Positions 37,940 to 50,946 are shown, counted from the first letter of the stretch. The stretch is 64,000 bases of DNA from Malacoraja senta (GCA_038087875.1 JAXLNO010000114.1:62001-126000); one strand, 5' to 3'. Made by a program: numbers and translations. Notes: a model not told the origin generated them from the sequence alone.

Positions 37940-38733
37940 CTACCTGTGTAGTTAGTTACTAACAACCTCATAAGAAGATATCAGTTTAGACTACCTCCAG
38001 GAGGTTAAAACGGGGTTCTGGCTCATACAGGAGTAGATACTAATTTCTAATCTCACTCCACCAGGGCTGCTACTACATCAGTAGCAAGGATTATGTACGG
38101 TCCTCTGGACCACATCCTGCCGACTGCTGGATGGTCTAACGTACGAGGTTTCCAAACATTTTATATTAACCCATTGCCAGACTAGGGGTATTTGCCATCT
38201 CTATTTTAGGTTCTATTTCTATTTCTATTTTGGATGAGAGGGGTTACTTTTATTATTGTTATTTGTGCATTTATCAGCATGTTTTAAATCTATGTCATGT
38301 CTGTATGCATTATGAATATTTCCTTTATCTGTGGTGAACTCATGCAGTCGTGCTTGTGTGGACTCGTTTTCCACGGCAGGAAATCACAGAGCTTCAAAAT
38401 CTTCACGTAGTCACCCACGTGACTCCGAAGTAAAATAGTAAGATTAAACGAGAACTTACCATTTTGAAGTTTGATCGTTATTTTATGAGGAGTTACGATG
38501 AGGGATTACGTGCCCTCCATTCCCGGCCTTCGTAACATAATGATCTTTCTGTAAGTTCTAGTCAACTAATCTTACTATGTTAGTTCAACACTATTATCTG
38601 TGATTTCACACCGCTGCTTTGATGATTGACGCGCATGCGTGGGGACGGCCTTCTTCATGTAATCCCTCATCATAACTCCTCATAAAATAACGATCAAACT
38701 TCAAACTGGTAAGTTCTCGTTTAATCTTACTAT
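37940..38733 (+). mobile_element. DIRS1-type retrotransposon 3' end (tyrosine recombinase C-terminus, ICR, right terminus)
   Basis: SHSTRAATTS (~38050) and HILPTAGWS..FQTFY (~38110-38165). ICR at 38400-38510 is complementary to 38658-38733 and to 40992-41023. Confidence 0.82.
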
Positions 38734-38990
38734 TAAATCTGACCATATTATGGTCGATACCTCCTAATGGCTCCTTAACCTCAACTTCCTTTATCAAATC
38801 CGGTTTGTTACACAACACTAAATCCAGAATTGCCTTCTCCCTGATAGGCTCCAATACAAGCTGCTCTAAGAATCCATCACGGAGGCATTCCACAAACTCC
38901 CTTTCTTGGGGTTCAGTACCAACCTGATTTTCCCAGTCTACCTGCATGTTGAAATCTCCCATAACAAGCGTAGCATTACCTTTCTTCCTT
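38734..38990 (-). mobile_element. CR1 endonuclease fragment
   Basis: MGDFNMQVDW...AILDLVLCN...DHNMVRF; inverted twin of 59490-59748. Confidence 0.88.
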
Positions 38991-39829
38991 GCTTCGTTGC
39001 AGCTAGTTGGGTGAATATTGATTTGCGAGGTGCGGCTGTAGTTCTGTGAGTGCAGTGCTCAGTATCTGCGTGCAAGCAGCTGCCTGGCAACAGCGTGTAT
39101 TCCAAGCCTCACATTCCTCAGAACAGAGAGCGGTCTCATTGCTGAAACCAAGACCAACCGGTTTGACAACCTTCTACTGTATATTGTGCATAAAGTACTT
39201 TTAAAATTCCTGTTAACCCTTTCTGCTGGTAGGAATACAGTAACATGGATAGGATTTGAACATAACCTGTAGGAATTTTGTCAGTGGCATTCCTGGAAAA
39301 GTCTCCGTCATCTTGTTACTCATATTTTTTTTCTTCCTTCCTTCCTTCCTTTCTTCATTGTTTTTCAATTTGCGCACGAACGGTACGCGACAGCGCCACG
39401 ATGTTTCACCAGGTTACTCACCGTTCTCCTGTGCTGTGAGTGCGAAAAGTTTCATTCCGATCGGTGGTATCTTGTAAAGCTTAGCAGGGTTTAAAAATCT
39501 TTAAAATCGCGCATGTGCAGATTGGTCTCCTCTCCTGTCAGTCAACCGGGACGGCGACGACCCACCCGGCACACCATCGCCGCACTGTCACAATAAAGCT
39601 GAAAGAGCTGAGCGAGCAGAGTTTGTGCATCACCGCGGCCGGAGTGCGGAGCGGCCCAAGTGCGGAGCGGCCTGGAGCCTGGACGACTGCGAGGCCAACT
39701 GAGAGGCCGACTGCGGTAACCTTGAGATTCTGAGGAAGTGAGGAGGGAGAGTGGGGGGATTGACGGAGCCGGGCGCTGGTGGGGCCAGGCACTGGGCCGG
39801 ACGGGCAGCCAGCGCCCAGGGATCTTTGG

Positions 39830-40097
39830 AGTACAATATAAGACAATATAATACAATAACATACAATATAATACAATATAATACAATATTGCAATAACAT
39901 ACAATATAATACGAAATTATACAATATAATATTATATTATATAATATAAGACAATATAATACAATATATTACAATATAAGACAATATTATACAATATAAT
40001 ACAATATTATACGATATTATTCAATATAATATGACAATATTACACAATATAAGAATATAAGACAATGTAATCAAATATAATACAATATTTGATAAAT
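39830..40097. repeat. AT-rich degenerate microsatellite (acaatataat)n
   Basis: Seen directly; also at 40903-40992 and in reverse at 57843-57994 and 58845-59162. Confidence 0.9.
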
Positions 40098-40903
40098 ATA
40101 CATCTATTGATGCTCCTGAACACATCATCAGTGATGTAACCTGGGGTCATTGGGTGTTTCAGGTCTTTCAACATCAGACACCTTCGCCCAGGCGACTCAG
40201 CCGTGGTTGATCAGACCATGACTTGTGTTCAGGTGACATTTGCTCCTCCCCATGGACCTTCTCTCCTGCTCCAGAGCCATCTCGAGGCCTTCTCCGCTGC
40301 CTCTGTGGTGTTCTTGATGGCTCTTCTCCTCGCCATTCCGTTGCCTTCCAGCCCTGCTTACGGCAGTATATGACCAGCTCTTCATACTTGGTACACGTTT
40401 CCCGTCACAGTTGCTTCTAGCACCTTGTCGACGTCCTCGTCGAACTGATGCCAGACTGCTGTCTTGCAGGTCTGAGGCCATTTGCCTCGAACCTTCTCCG
40501 GAGATCTGTTCCGAGGGACTAGTTGCGCCACTTGGAGGCCGGGCTCTATGAGGTGATTCTGGGCCCAGCTCCTCCTGTGTCTCACCAGGTAAAATACCTG
40601 TGCGTTGTGACATTGTCTGTCCCTCCAAACACTTCATCCGGGTCTGGTGAATCTTCAGGCCTCGGCTGTTCTTGCAGACCTTACCACATCTGCATTTGAT
40701 ACTCATAGTCGGTTGTCCATTGCCATTAGTCGTCAACCTTTGATCCGTCAAATTGAGGTGCTCATCCTCCCCCCCCCCCCCTTCTCGGGCACTCCTCGGG
40801 GTATTTTTCCATGTGTTTTTCTGTAGCGTGATTTGGGTCTCCTCCTCTCAGAGGATGCGGTTTGGGCTGCCAACCCGCCCCTCCCCGGTTGCCATCTTTC
40901 CAT
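40098..40903 (-). mobile_element. Internally deleted Hero/NeSL (R2-group) non-LTR element
   Basis: CRCGKVCKNSRGLKIHQTRMKCL zinc finger joined to a restriction-like endonuclease C-terminus; inverted twin of 57995-58843. Confidence 0.75.
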
Positions 40904-41419
40904 ATAAGACAATATAAAACAATATAATACAATATAATACAATAATATACAATATAATACGATAATACAATATAAGACACTATTACACAATATTTTACTT
41001 CGGAGTCACGTGACTACGTGAAGAACCCGTCCAGACCGCACACGCGTCATATCGTCAGACGCATAGCGTAAGTGCCGATGTGTTTGGAGTGAGCAGAGCT
41101 CCTCCAAACCGGTAAGTAAAAAACCTGAAGGTAAGTGTTTACTTATGTTTTTCAGGTCGATTTCTTCAGAAGACTTGTAGTGGAGAAAACACAATGAAGA
41201 AATATTGTAGAGGTGTACCGCAGAGAACTCAAGTAAGACCGCGGGTCTGTGAGTAGCGTGCGCCCTTTTTTAATTTTTAAAAACGGTTACTGTTGTAGCG
41301 CCATTAGAGCGCATAAGAAATAGAGGTGGCCATTAGACTGGGAAGTCAGACCGGAGGATCCCCGATTCAGGTAACTAGTCTGCTATATTCAGAACCTAGT
41401 TGCAAGGCAGCGCAGGGAA

Positions 41420-41960
41420 TGCCTGGGGAATGTCCAGGTTTAGCGTTGGCCTAGAGTAGAGCCAGTGTATGAAGTGCCTGGGGGATGTCCAGGTTTAGCG
41501 TTGGCCTAGAGGAGAGCCAGCGTATGAAGTGCCTGGGGAAGGTCCGGTTTAGCGTTGTCCCTACAGGGCCAGCACAGGGAGTGCCTGGTGGAGTCCAGGC
41601 TTAGCGTTGGTCTATAGGAGAGCCAGCGCATGGAGTGCTTTAGAAGGTCCGGCTCAACGTTGCCCTAAGGGAGAGCCAGCGTAGGAAGTATTTGGGAAAG
41701 TCCGGTTCAGCGCTGGCCTACTGGTGAGCCAGTGTGAGCAATGCCTGGTTAAATGAATTGTATGCGTTGGTCTACAGGAGAGCCAGCGCCAACTATATCT
41801 GGAAGTTAAGCGTTGGCCTACAGGTGAGCCAGCGCCAGCAGCACCTGAAAGAGGGCTGCCTATGCATGGGTCTACAGGAGAGCCTGCACGGCGAGTAACT
41901 GGAAGGGTTTACTATGCGTAGGCCTATGGGAGAGCCAGCGCTAGAAACACCTGAAGCAGG
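41420..41960 (+). repeat. ~58-60-bp tandem repeat inside the DIRS 5' region
   Basis: About 9 degenerate units of gcgttggcctacaggagagccagcg...gcctgg. Confidence 0.8.
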
Positions 41961-43704
41961 ATGTAAATTCGCCCCTCCATGAGAAGGATTATTTCATACA
42001 AAGATTCAAGTAAATGAATCATATTAGGACTAGACCCAATATAGAGCCCAAAGGACCAGAGTTGGCACAATATATCAAAGTTGTGGTTCCAAAAATATGA
42101 GGGAACCATTGGGAGATAAATAAACTATGTTAATAAAATACTTACTCTCCCAGCAGCTCCAGGTTCTAACCAGGTATGAGCTGCCTACAAATACAAAACC
42201 TGCAGTATTGAGCATTATAAGCAAGTCTCGGCGGGGGAGAGGGAATTGAAATTACTGGTCAGGCATTATGACTTTTTGACCAAAGGTTGGATGGAGAGCA
42301 TGTGTCTATATTACAATAAGGTTGAATTAGCACTCATGTGTAGTGCGCACTTTCAAATAACTGTATTTATAAAAGTGCTATAAAACCTAATATATACCCT
42401 AAGTTTGGGGGCTCTGTACACCATCTAATATTTAAATTGCCTAATAATCTGTTTTTAGAAAGATCTATCCAAAAAAGGAATGATCCTGTGTGATTGACAG
42501 ATCAAATTAAGGCAGTTTTCCCTACCAATATGTGGTGACTGAGGATGGTAAAGGATCAAATTTGTCTTTCCCATATGTGCGTTATAGGCGCACTCCTCCT
42601 GAGATATGTGGAGGGTATAATATTCCACTAAGATCAGGAAATAACAATTGCCACAGGCAAACCCTGAGGTAGGAGGTCTGGTTCTGTAAGAAACATATTA
42701 AATGTTTTACACTTACAAGTTGGGGAAGATTACAATTCTTGCTAAAAGATGGCAATTTGATATATTATACTGTACAGTATTATGGGGTTTAGAATGTAAT
42801 TCTACCCATATTGGGTTTCTCTTACTAATGTATTTGAAACCGGACACATATTTCTCAAAATAATAAAATATGTAGATTCAGACAAAACATGAAATATTGT
42901 GGAAAAGGGATGATTAAGAAGTCAGTTCACCATTACCATCAAATGATGCCAAGTATGTTATGAGCAAATAAGGATGGTGGGTGTAGAATTATTCTAGATC
43001 TGACAAGTTTTAACCCTTTTTTGTACAGTATAATAAACAGTTGGTAACATTTGTTAATGTTATGCAGCCAATTTCAAGAATATGCATTTTACTGTGTGAC
43101 TGTGTATGGTAAATAATAATATTTTTAATTTTACCTGGATGAGCCAATTATGGCAATTTAAAGCATTGTATTAAGGTTTAGTCTCAGCCCCGAGACTATT
43201 TGCCAGGTTGTTGGATCTAATATTAGTTTTACTAAGAACTCAGGGCCATTGGTAATGGTTTATTTCTATATTCTGATTGTAGGAAACATTTGGACTACAA
43301 CAGAACCATGAGTGTTAAGAATCAAGCTCACTTTGGAGATTTATTAACCATCGAGATAAATCTAAACAATTACCAAACAGTTATTGATTATTTGGGTTCC
43401 ATTATTAAATGAGAACACATGTTTATGATTCCGTCTACGGATTAAGGCTGCATTTAAGTGGAAGTTGTATAAAGCTCATTATAGAGCATCAACCATTGTA
43501 GAAAGCTCATTATAGAGCACTAACCCTCAATTAGGCATTTAATTGGAAGTTGTATTAAGCTCATTACAGAGCACCAACCCTCAATTAGACAGGAAGCAAG
43601 CCTACTTTGCAAACTTTTGCTTATTTTCAGCTATAGAATTTAGACTGCTGCATTATCAGCGTTTTCAGTAAGCATGGATAGAGGAATGGATAATACAATT
43701 TATA

Positions 43705-44739
43705 GCAATGTTACAACATTTTGAGATTTTAAAAATCAAGTCTGTAATTTATCCCATCAGATAAAGCATAAAAAGAAGTTTAATTTGACACCTAATTCAC
43801 TTTCATATCTTTAGTATTAAAAAAGTTATGGCCATTTTCATACTCGGACATTAGCATCTTGTTCCCTATTGCTTTACCATTGACTTAACACAAAAGCTGT
43901 GATTGAGGACAGTCAAAAGCCCATAACTTTCTTAAAAATTAAGAGAACTGAAAGAAATTTTCAGTTTATTATAGATTGAAGCATTCTGAAACAAATATGA
44001 AACAATCTTACTTAGATGACATGAAATTAAAGCATATAATTAGTTAGTTACCTAATTGTAGCTAATTACAAAATTCAATTACTAGATCTAAACATCTATC
44101 AATTTCTTAAGAATAGATTAACATTTTTAAATAGCCTGTATCCAAATAACATTCACACAAGAATTCACAATATAACATAATTTTTTAATCTCATTGTCAT
44201 GGATTTACGGACCAAATGGAAGAAATTGAATGTTTAATACCTGTAAATTAATGGGAATTTATATCATCTTGCGAATGGGGATTTCTGGAACGCGATCATT
44301 TGGAACGTTCATTTGCGGTGAATTTAACCCTGTATTGGCATGAAAATTATTGCCGTTAGTTCGGGGGGAAAAATCACCGTGTCGCATGTAAAAATGTGAA
44401 TTAAAGGCCTCTTAAGGAGAACGTTTATACATAAAAATAAAGCACTTTCGTTTACCTTTCCCGTGTGTGAAATCCGTCCCCGTTGTTAGCGTTAACGGGT
44501 TCAGAAGATGATTTTAAAATGATTCCAATGCTGAACTTGTCGGGAGATTTTTAAAACAAAATACTCAAAACGCCCTCGGAACGATTCTTCCGCAAACGCT
44601 TGTACTCCAACAAAATATAATTCAGGACAAGGTAGGAGAAACCACGTTTTAACCCCGCCCCCCCTTAAAGGCGCCAAAATCGCGCACATGGCCAGTGGCA
44701 GAATTACAGCGCGACTGAAGGCAAGTATTGTAACATACC
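43705..44739. mobile_element. Putative non-autonomous DNA transposon inserted in DIRS
   Basis: Imperfect TIR gcaatgttacaa / ttgtaacatacc with tata on both flanks; no coding capacity. Confidence 0.45.
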
Positions 44740-46399
44740 TATAATTTAGGGCAATTTTGCCAGGCCATGTATTTGCCAGTTGCAGTTGTTACTGGAATAT
44801 TAATGAATCAGGAGTGTCTCAAATGCCTCCAGAGAGATTCTGGCTGAACACCTTCCATTATGCTACACACTAATTGTAGTGCTCTAAGTTGAGGTCATAC
44901 TTATAAAGTATTTCCAGTTGTGGAGGTACATGGAATGTGGAGAAAGTACCTTTGATCCAATAACAAGGGATCATTAATGAAATTTTTAGGAACATTTATG
45001 GCCTAAAGCTTATTGCTCTTATATGCAAAGTTTGCATACTTAGGTATAGATTGACACTATGGAATAGAATGTATGTCAGTCATTCGAGTGGTATGTCAGT
45101 ATCTTGTAATAGACTGGCTAATGTGATCTGGATCTGGTGTTCACCAGAAATATTTGGTTGATAATCTACCTCCGAGGTAGATTCAATATAGTTGAAGACT
45201 CAAGGTCATGTAAATCAATGATAATACAGAATGGATGTTGGATCGTGACAAATTTAATAATATTGTTCCACAATTGATGACTTGTTTGTATCCAGACTTA
45301 ACCACCAATTATCTAAATATATGTCATGGAACCTGATACTGGGGCAGTAGCGGTGGATGTTTCTCGCTGCATTGGGGTAGAATGTTTGTATACATTTTCT
45401 CCATTTTGTCTCATTTAACAGTATATACAGAAGAGCAAACAGGACTCTGCTTCGGGAGTATTGGTGGTACCAGATTGGATCTACAAAACCATGGTACCCT
45501 CAGGTGTTAAAAATGATCCCAAAGCCTCTTATGATTCCCAAACAGAATTAATCTGTTTGTGTACTCTATAACTGATGATTCACATCCTTTACATAATCGG
45601 ATTGGTTTGTTGATTTACAGATTCTAAGGAGTGCCATATATTGGAAGAGGACTATCAGATTGTACTGTGGATATTATTGCAACCTGGAGGGATATTACCC
45701 AGAAGTAGTACATTTCTTACATAAAGAAATGGGATATGTTTTGCTTAAAGCAGAATATTACATATCACACTATAGACATATCAGTAGTGTTAGAGTTTCT
45801 GTAAACTCTTTATTTGTATTAGCAGTTAAGCTACAGTGCTATGAATACTGCAAGGAGTGCCTTTACTGCATATCTATGGAGGAATCAGAATAAAATATTG
45901 TAGGGTTACACCCTTTGGTCTACAGATTTATGAAAGGAATTTTGAAATTCTAAACCTCTTAGACACAGGTTTACGATTATCTGGAATGTAAGAGATATGT
46001 TATGTTGTTTTTTTCGTTAATGGACTCCTATTACAATGCTGTCCTTGGCTTGAATTACCATTAAGGTAGTCAAGCTCAGGGCACTGGTTTTAGCACAGAG
46101 AGTGCAAACATTGCAGAAAGTATGAATAGACATGATGGAAGAGCAACAGATACTATTATGTTCTATGTCTATGAATTGCTTAAACAGAGTCAACCTGGAA
46201 TCACAGGATGTAAGTTGGGGTTTTCAGCATATCCTACGGATCCACGTCTATGTGTGGTATCACATTTACAATTTTTAATTGTAGCCACCAGAACCTTAAA
46301 GGGGTTCAGTATCAGTATTTATTAGCCATAAATAGCTGCATAAGAAAGTGTCGGTTCAGACTATTTAAAAAATGGCTGAAGCAGGTGTTGCTTGATGCT

Positions 46400-46499
46400 G
46401 GGGGGAAGAGGGGGGAGGGAGGGGGAGAGAGGGAGAGAGGGAGAGAGGGAGAGCGGGGGAGAGGGGAGAGGGAGAGAGGGAGAGAGGGAGAGTGAGAGT

Positions 46500-46538
<39 letters not shown>

Positions 46539-47650
46539 CAGTTTAGTTTATCATTGTTTCTCTGACATTTAGGTTATAAACAGAGCGGGGGAGAGAAAGA
46601 GATGAGAGATGGGGAGAGGGAGGGGGTGGTGAGAGGGTGGGAGAGAGGGGGGGGGCGAGAAAGAGAGAGGGAGGAGAGAGGGAGGGGGAGAGAGAGATGG
46701 GGAGAGAGAGAGTGGGGAGAGAAAGAGAGAGGGAGGAGAGAAAGAGAGAGGGAGGAGAGAGTTTGACAGTTTAGTTTATTATAGTTTTGCTGACTCAAGT
46801 TTAGTTTATCAAGAGAGAGAGAGAGAGAGAAGAGAGAGAGGGGGGGAGAGAGAGAGGGGGAGAGAGACGGGGAGAGAGCGGGAGGGGCGAGAAAGAGTTT
46901 GATTTATTTTTTTGTTTAGTTTATTATAGTTTAGCTGACTTAACTGTAGTTTATACACAGAGAGAGGGAGAGAGAGGGGGAGAGAAAGAGGGGGGACACA
47001 GAGGGGGAGAGAGAGTGTGAGGGGCAGAGAGAGAGGGGGAGAGAGAGGGAGAGGGGGGAGAAAAAGTTTGATTTATTTTTTGGTTTAATTTATTAAAGTT
47101 TAGATGACTTAAATTTAGTTTATGGAGAGAGGGTGAGAGAGGGGGAGAGAGAGGGGGTAGGGAGAGAGATGGGAGAGGGGAGAGAGAGAGGGGGAGAGAG
47201 AGAGGGAGGAGAGAGAGGGGAGGGAGAGAAAGAGTTTGACAGTTTAGTTATTATTGTTTAGCTGACTCAAGTATAATTATAAAGAGAGAGAGAGGTGAAA
47301 AAGAGAGGGAGAGAGAGTTGAAAAAGAGAGGGGAGAGAGAAGTGAAAAAGAGAGGGAGAGAGAGTGAAAAAGAGAGGGGAGAGAGAGAGGGGGAAAAGAG
47401 AGGGGAGAGAGAGAGGGAGTGGAGGAGGAGAGGGGGGAGTGAGGGGGAAGAGGTGGGGGAGGGGGAGAGAGAGAGGGGGAGAGAGAGGGGGAGAGAGAGA
47501 GGGGGTGAGAGAGAGGGAGAGAGGGGAAGAGAGATGGGGAGAGAGAGATGGGGAGAGAGAGAGGGGAAGAAGAGAGAGGGGGAAAAGAGAGAGGGGAAAA
47601 GAGAGGGATAGGAGAGAGGGGGAGAGAGGGGGATAGTAGAGGGATGGGTT
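46400..47650. repeat. (GA)-rich polypurine array punctuated by T-rich spacers
   Basis: GA tracts separated by a recurring agtttagtttatt...gctgact spacer; pyrimidine counterpart at 55558-56182. Confidence 0.85.
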
Positions 47651-47734
47651 TAAACGGCTCCAGGGTGAGAGTAAGGAGGGATTGAATGTTGGTCAACAAT
47701 GGAGGTCGACAACAAAATGGCCACCGTCAGGTTA

Positions 47735-48047
47735 AGTGTCTTCTCTTTGAATCACTTCCCTCTAGAAGGCGACTTCGGACTGTCCTGGCCGCCACAGCCG
47801 ACATAAAAATAGGCTTTTTTTTCCCACGAGTAGTAGCTCTACTCAATAACCAAAAATCTGTAGCCTCCTTTGCAGTGGTATTTTATTTAATTCACATGTT
47901 TAATTGATAATATGTTATTATTAATGTTTAATGTTTTATGTGTCACTCCTAATTGTCACTGTATGTCGTGTTGTCACTTGTGGGCGGAGCACCAAGGCAA
48001 ATTCCTTGTATGTGAATACTTGGCCAATAAACGTATTAATTCATTCA
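47735..48047 (+). mobile_element. LINE 3' end (Rex1/Babar-like)
   Basis: LFESLPSRRRLRT...FFPRVVALLN, then aataaa and an (attc)n tail. Confidence 0.65.
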
Positions 48048-48594
48048 TCATGGCCGCCTCTGTGCCACTCCCTTCCTCTCAATCCCCTGCTACCCCCCAA
48101 CGGGGCGCTCTCCTGGGGAAGAACCTGGGTCAGCAGGGCTCCAGGGGTGAGATTAAGGAGGGATGGAAGGTTGGCCAACAATGGAGGTTGACAACAAAAT
48201 GGCCACGGGGGTGGGGGGGGGGAAGAGGAGCGAGAGGGAGATGGAGAGAGAGAGAGGGAGAGAGCGATAGGGAGAAGGGATCGAGGGGAGGGGAGGATGG
48301 AGGGGTTAGTGACGAGGCAATAATCCCCAGACAGGCACGCGTACACACCCCCCCTCTCTCTCACCCCGTCTCTCCCTCTTTGCTCCCTCCCCCACGTTCA
48401 CCGTCTATTCTCCTAATTTCCCCAAAATCTTTGTCATGTTCCCCCCTTCCCCGTCTCTCTCTCCTCCCCCCCCCCCCCCCGCCATTTTTTGCTACTGGCA
48501 GCCAGCCATTGAAGTCAATGAGAGTGAAACCAGGGGCGGCCATTTTGGTTGCTGACATTTCCCTGTGGAGCTGCTGACGGCCATCTTGTCTACA

Positions 48595-49255
48595 GGTAGA
48601 CAAAAATGCTGGAGAAACTCAGCGGGTGCAGCCGCAGCATCTACGGAGCGAAGGAAATAGGCAACGTTTCGGGCCGAAACCCTTCTTCAGACTGATATGA
48701 GGGTGGGGGGTGGGGCAGGAAGAAGAAAAGAAGAGGAGGAGCAAGAAGGTGAGGAAGAACTGAGAAGGGGAGGAGACAGTAAGGACTACCTGAAATTAGA
48801 GAAGTAATTATTCATACCGCTGGGGAGTAAACTGCCCAAGCAGAATATGAGATGCTGCTCCTCCAATTTCCGGTGGTCCTCACTCTGGCCGTGGAGGAGG
48901 CCCAGGACAGAAAGGTCGGATTTGGAATGGGAGGGGGAGTTCAGATTGGTTATTTGAGCCACCGGGAGATCAGATTGGTTATTTCGGACCGAGCGGGGGT
49001 GTGGGGCGAAGCAATCGCCAAGCCTACGCTCGGTCTCACCGATGTAGATCAGCTGACATCTAGAGCAGCGGATGCAATAGATGAGGTTGGAGGAGTTTCA
49101 GGTGCACCTCTGTCGCACCTGGAACAACTGCTTGGGTCCTTGAATGGAGTCGAGGTGGGAGGTAAAGTGACAAGTGTAGCATCTCTGCAGTGTGCAAGGG
49201 AAAGTGCCCGGGGAGGGGGTGGTGGGCGGGTGCGAAGGGGAAGAATTGACCAGGG
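48595..49255 (-). mobile_element. Penelope-like element 3' fragment (GIY-YIG endonuclease plus terminal repeat)
   Basis: Minus frame reads SSNLIYCIRCSRCQLIYIGETERRLG...RKLEEQHLIFCLGSLLPSGMN, followed by a terminus containing ctgaagaagggtttcggcccgaaacg. Confidence 0.85.
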
Positions 49256-49289
49256 GGCGGGGCCAAATCCGTCACCGGGAAAGAAATTA

Positions 49290-49472
49290 AACAAACCCGC
49301 AGATGCTGCAAATCTGAAACAAAGACCGGCAGATGCTGCAAATCTGAAATAAAGACCCGCAGATGCTGCAAATCTGAAATAAAGTCCCGCAGATGCTGCA
49401 GGTCTAAAATCAAACCCACAGATGCTGCAGGTTTGAAATCAAAGCCACAGATGCTGCAGGTTTGAAATCAAA
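49290..49472 (+). repeat. ~30-bp tandem repeat x6
   Basis: aaagacccgcagatgctgcaaatctgaaat units. Confidence 0.9.
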
Positions 49473-50157
49473 CGGAAAACAAAACCTCGTTCCCATTTAG
49501 GTTGCACACCACCTCGACTTTAAAATATCGATGAGTCCAAATGGTGAACTCTCTCCCCCAACAGATCCTGTCACACATGGGTGGAATTGGCTGCTCACAA
49601 CTTCTGCTGAAATAAAACAAATGCTGTTCCGACACGTAAACACAACTCAAACATTTACCACATATTTCTAATTCCAAGAAAGGTTAAAATTGGCAAAGTC
49701 ACAAATGTTAGGTGGTTAATTGGGAATAGGTTTGGAACTTATTAACTGTATTTGGAACTTTGATAAAATATTGGAAAGGCTAAATTTCACGAGAGCATCA
49801 ATTGAGGTGTATAGAGTAATGAGATGAGGGACGAAAGGAGGAGGACCACTTTCCCTGAGTAATTCGGTCGAATACAGGTAGCACGGTGATACAGGAATTA
49901 GCTGAAAGATTGTAGACCTGCTGAAACGTTTCTCCCACCACAGGATCAGTACAGATCTGGAATTCAGCCAAAATTACCTTTGAAGAAACCTTTACACTAT
50001 AATGTGTGCTTGAAGACTGGTTACCAGAAGGTGGGATCTGACCGATGAACTCTTACACAACCAGCAAAGACACTGTGGGTCGAATAACTGGCTTCCTCTG
50101 TCCTCAATGTATTGAAACCGCAAAATGACCAATGGTACCTGGGGGGTGGAAGTACCA

Positions 50158-50357
50158 NNNNNNNNNNNNNNNNNNNNNNNNNNNNNNNNNNNNNNNNNNN
50201 NNNNNNNNNNNNNNNNNNNNNNNNNNNNNNNNNNNNNNNNNNNNNNNNNNNNNNNNNNNNNNNNNNNNNNNNNNNNNNNNNNNNNNNNNNNNNNNNNNNN
50301 NNNNNNNNNNNNNNNNNNNNNNNNNNNNNNNNNNNNNNNNNNNNNNNNNNNNNNNNN
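50158..50357. other. Assembly gap (200 N)
   Basis: Run of N. Confidence 1.
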
Positions 50358-50476
50358 CTTTCTTCTCCCCACCCCCTATCAGTCTGAAGAAGGGGTTCGG
50401 CCCGAAACGTTGCCTATTTCCTTCGCTCCATAGATGCTGCTGCACCCGCTGAGTTTCTCCAGCATTTTTGTGTACC
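50358..50476 (+). mobile_element. Penelope-like terminal repeat with hammerhead-like core
   Basis: cagtCTGAAGAaggggttcggcccGAAAcgttg...; reverse complement of 48595-48725. Confidence 0.7.
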
Positions 50477-50477
50477 A

Positions 50478-50670
50478 TCGGTTTAGCGCGCGCGCCACAG
50501 GTCACCTGACCCTCCAACCGTCAGCGCAGGTCGCGCCCGCCCATCAGTTCCCATTGGCTGCCGGCGGTGTCCGTCCCTGGTCTCAGCCAATGGTGGAGGC
50601 GAGCCCGTCGAGGGGGCGTGTCGAGCAAAGGGGTCCAACCCCGCGCGCAGGCGCAGCGCGTTTCCGTTGC
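50478..50670. promoter_or_regulatory. CpG-rich promoter-like segment
   Basis: High CpG content; ATTGG (~50553) and CCAAT (~50587) boxes in opposite orientation; GCGCAGGCGCA NRF1-like motif; GGTCACCTGACC palindrome. Confidence 0.45.
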
Positions 50671-50714
50671 TCTGTATCTGTCTTTGTCTATAATCACCAT
50701 CACTGGTTGTCACA

Positions 50715-50946
50715 AACGTATCCTACACCCACTGGGGACAATGTTTACATTCACCAAGCCAATTAACCTGCAAACCTGTACGTCTTTGGAATGTGGGAGG
50801 AAACCGGAGATCTGGGAGAAAACCCACGCAGCTCACGGGAGAACGTGCAAACTCCGTACAGACAGCGCCCGTAGTCGGGATCGAACCCGGGTCGCCAGCG
50901 CTGCATTTTGCTGCAAGGCAGCAACTCTATTGCTGCGCCACCGTGA
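50715..50946 (-). mobile_element. tRNA-derived V-SINE (HE1-like), 5' part
   Basis: Minus strand reads cacggtggcgcagc (A box)...cccgggttcgatcc (B box)...gagtttgcacgttctccccgtg...gggttttctcc...ggtttcctcccaca (V domain). Confidence 0.85.

Larger units (their letters stand above)
40992..46395 (+). mobile_element. Highly decayed DIRS1-type retrotransposon (left terminus to tyrosine recombinase)
   Basis: Starts ttttacttcggagtcacgtga (complement of the ICR). Remnants: RIILDLTSFN and GLVSAPRLF (RT, ~42985-43200); DLFVSRLNHQL (MT-like, ~45280); LVLAQRVQTL, YPTDPRLCVV and KWLKQVLLDAG (YR). Confidence 0.75.

Noticed and set aside
41420..41960. CRISPR-like repeat/spacer appearance
   Set aside because: Eukaryotic context, no cas genes, and the 'spacers' are homologous to one another; an ordinary degenerate tandem repeat.
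46250..47699. E/R/G-rich and S/L/P-rich ORFs (also 55470-56044)
   Set aside because: Translations of GA/TC low-complexity tracts.
47912..48577. 221-aa ORF
   Set aside because: Spans a LINE tail and low-complexity sequence; no recognisable domain.
49992..50517. ORFs containing X runs
   Set aside because: Artefacts of the N gap.
50860..50946. tRNA gene
   Set aside because: The A/B boxes belong to a tRNA-derived SINE head and continue into the V domain.
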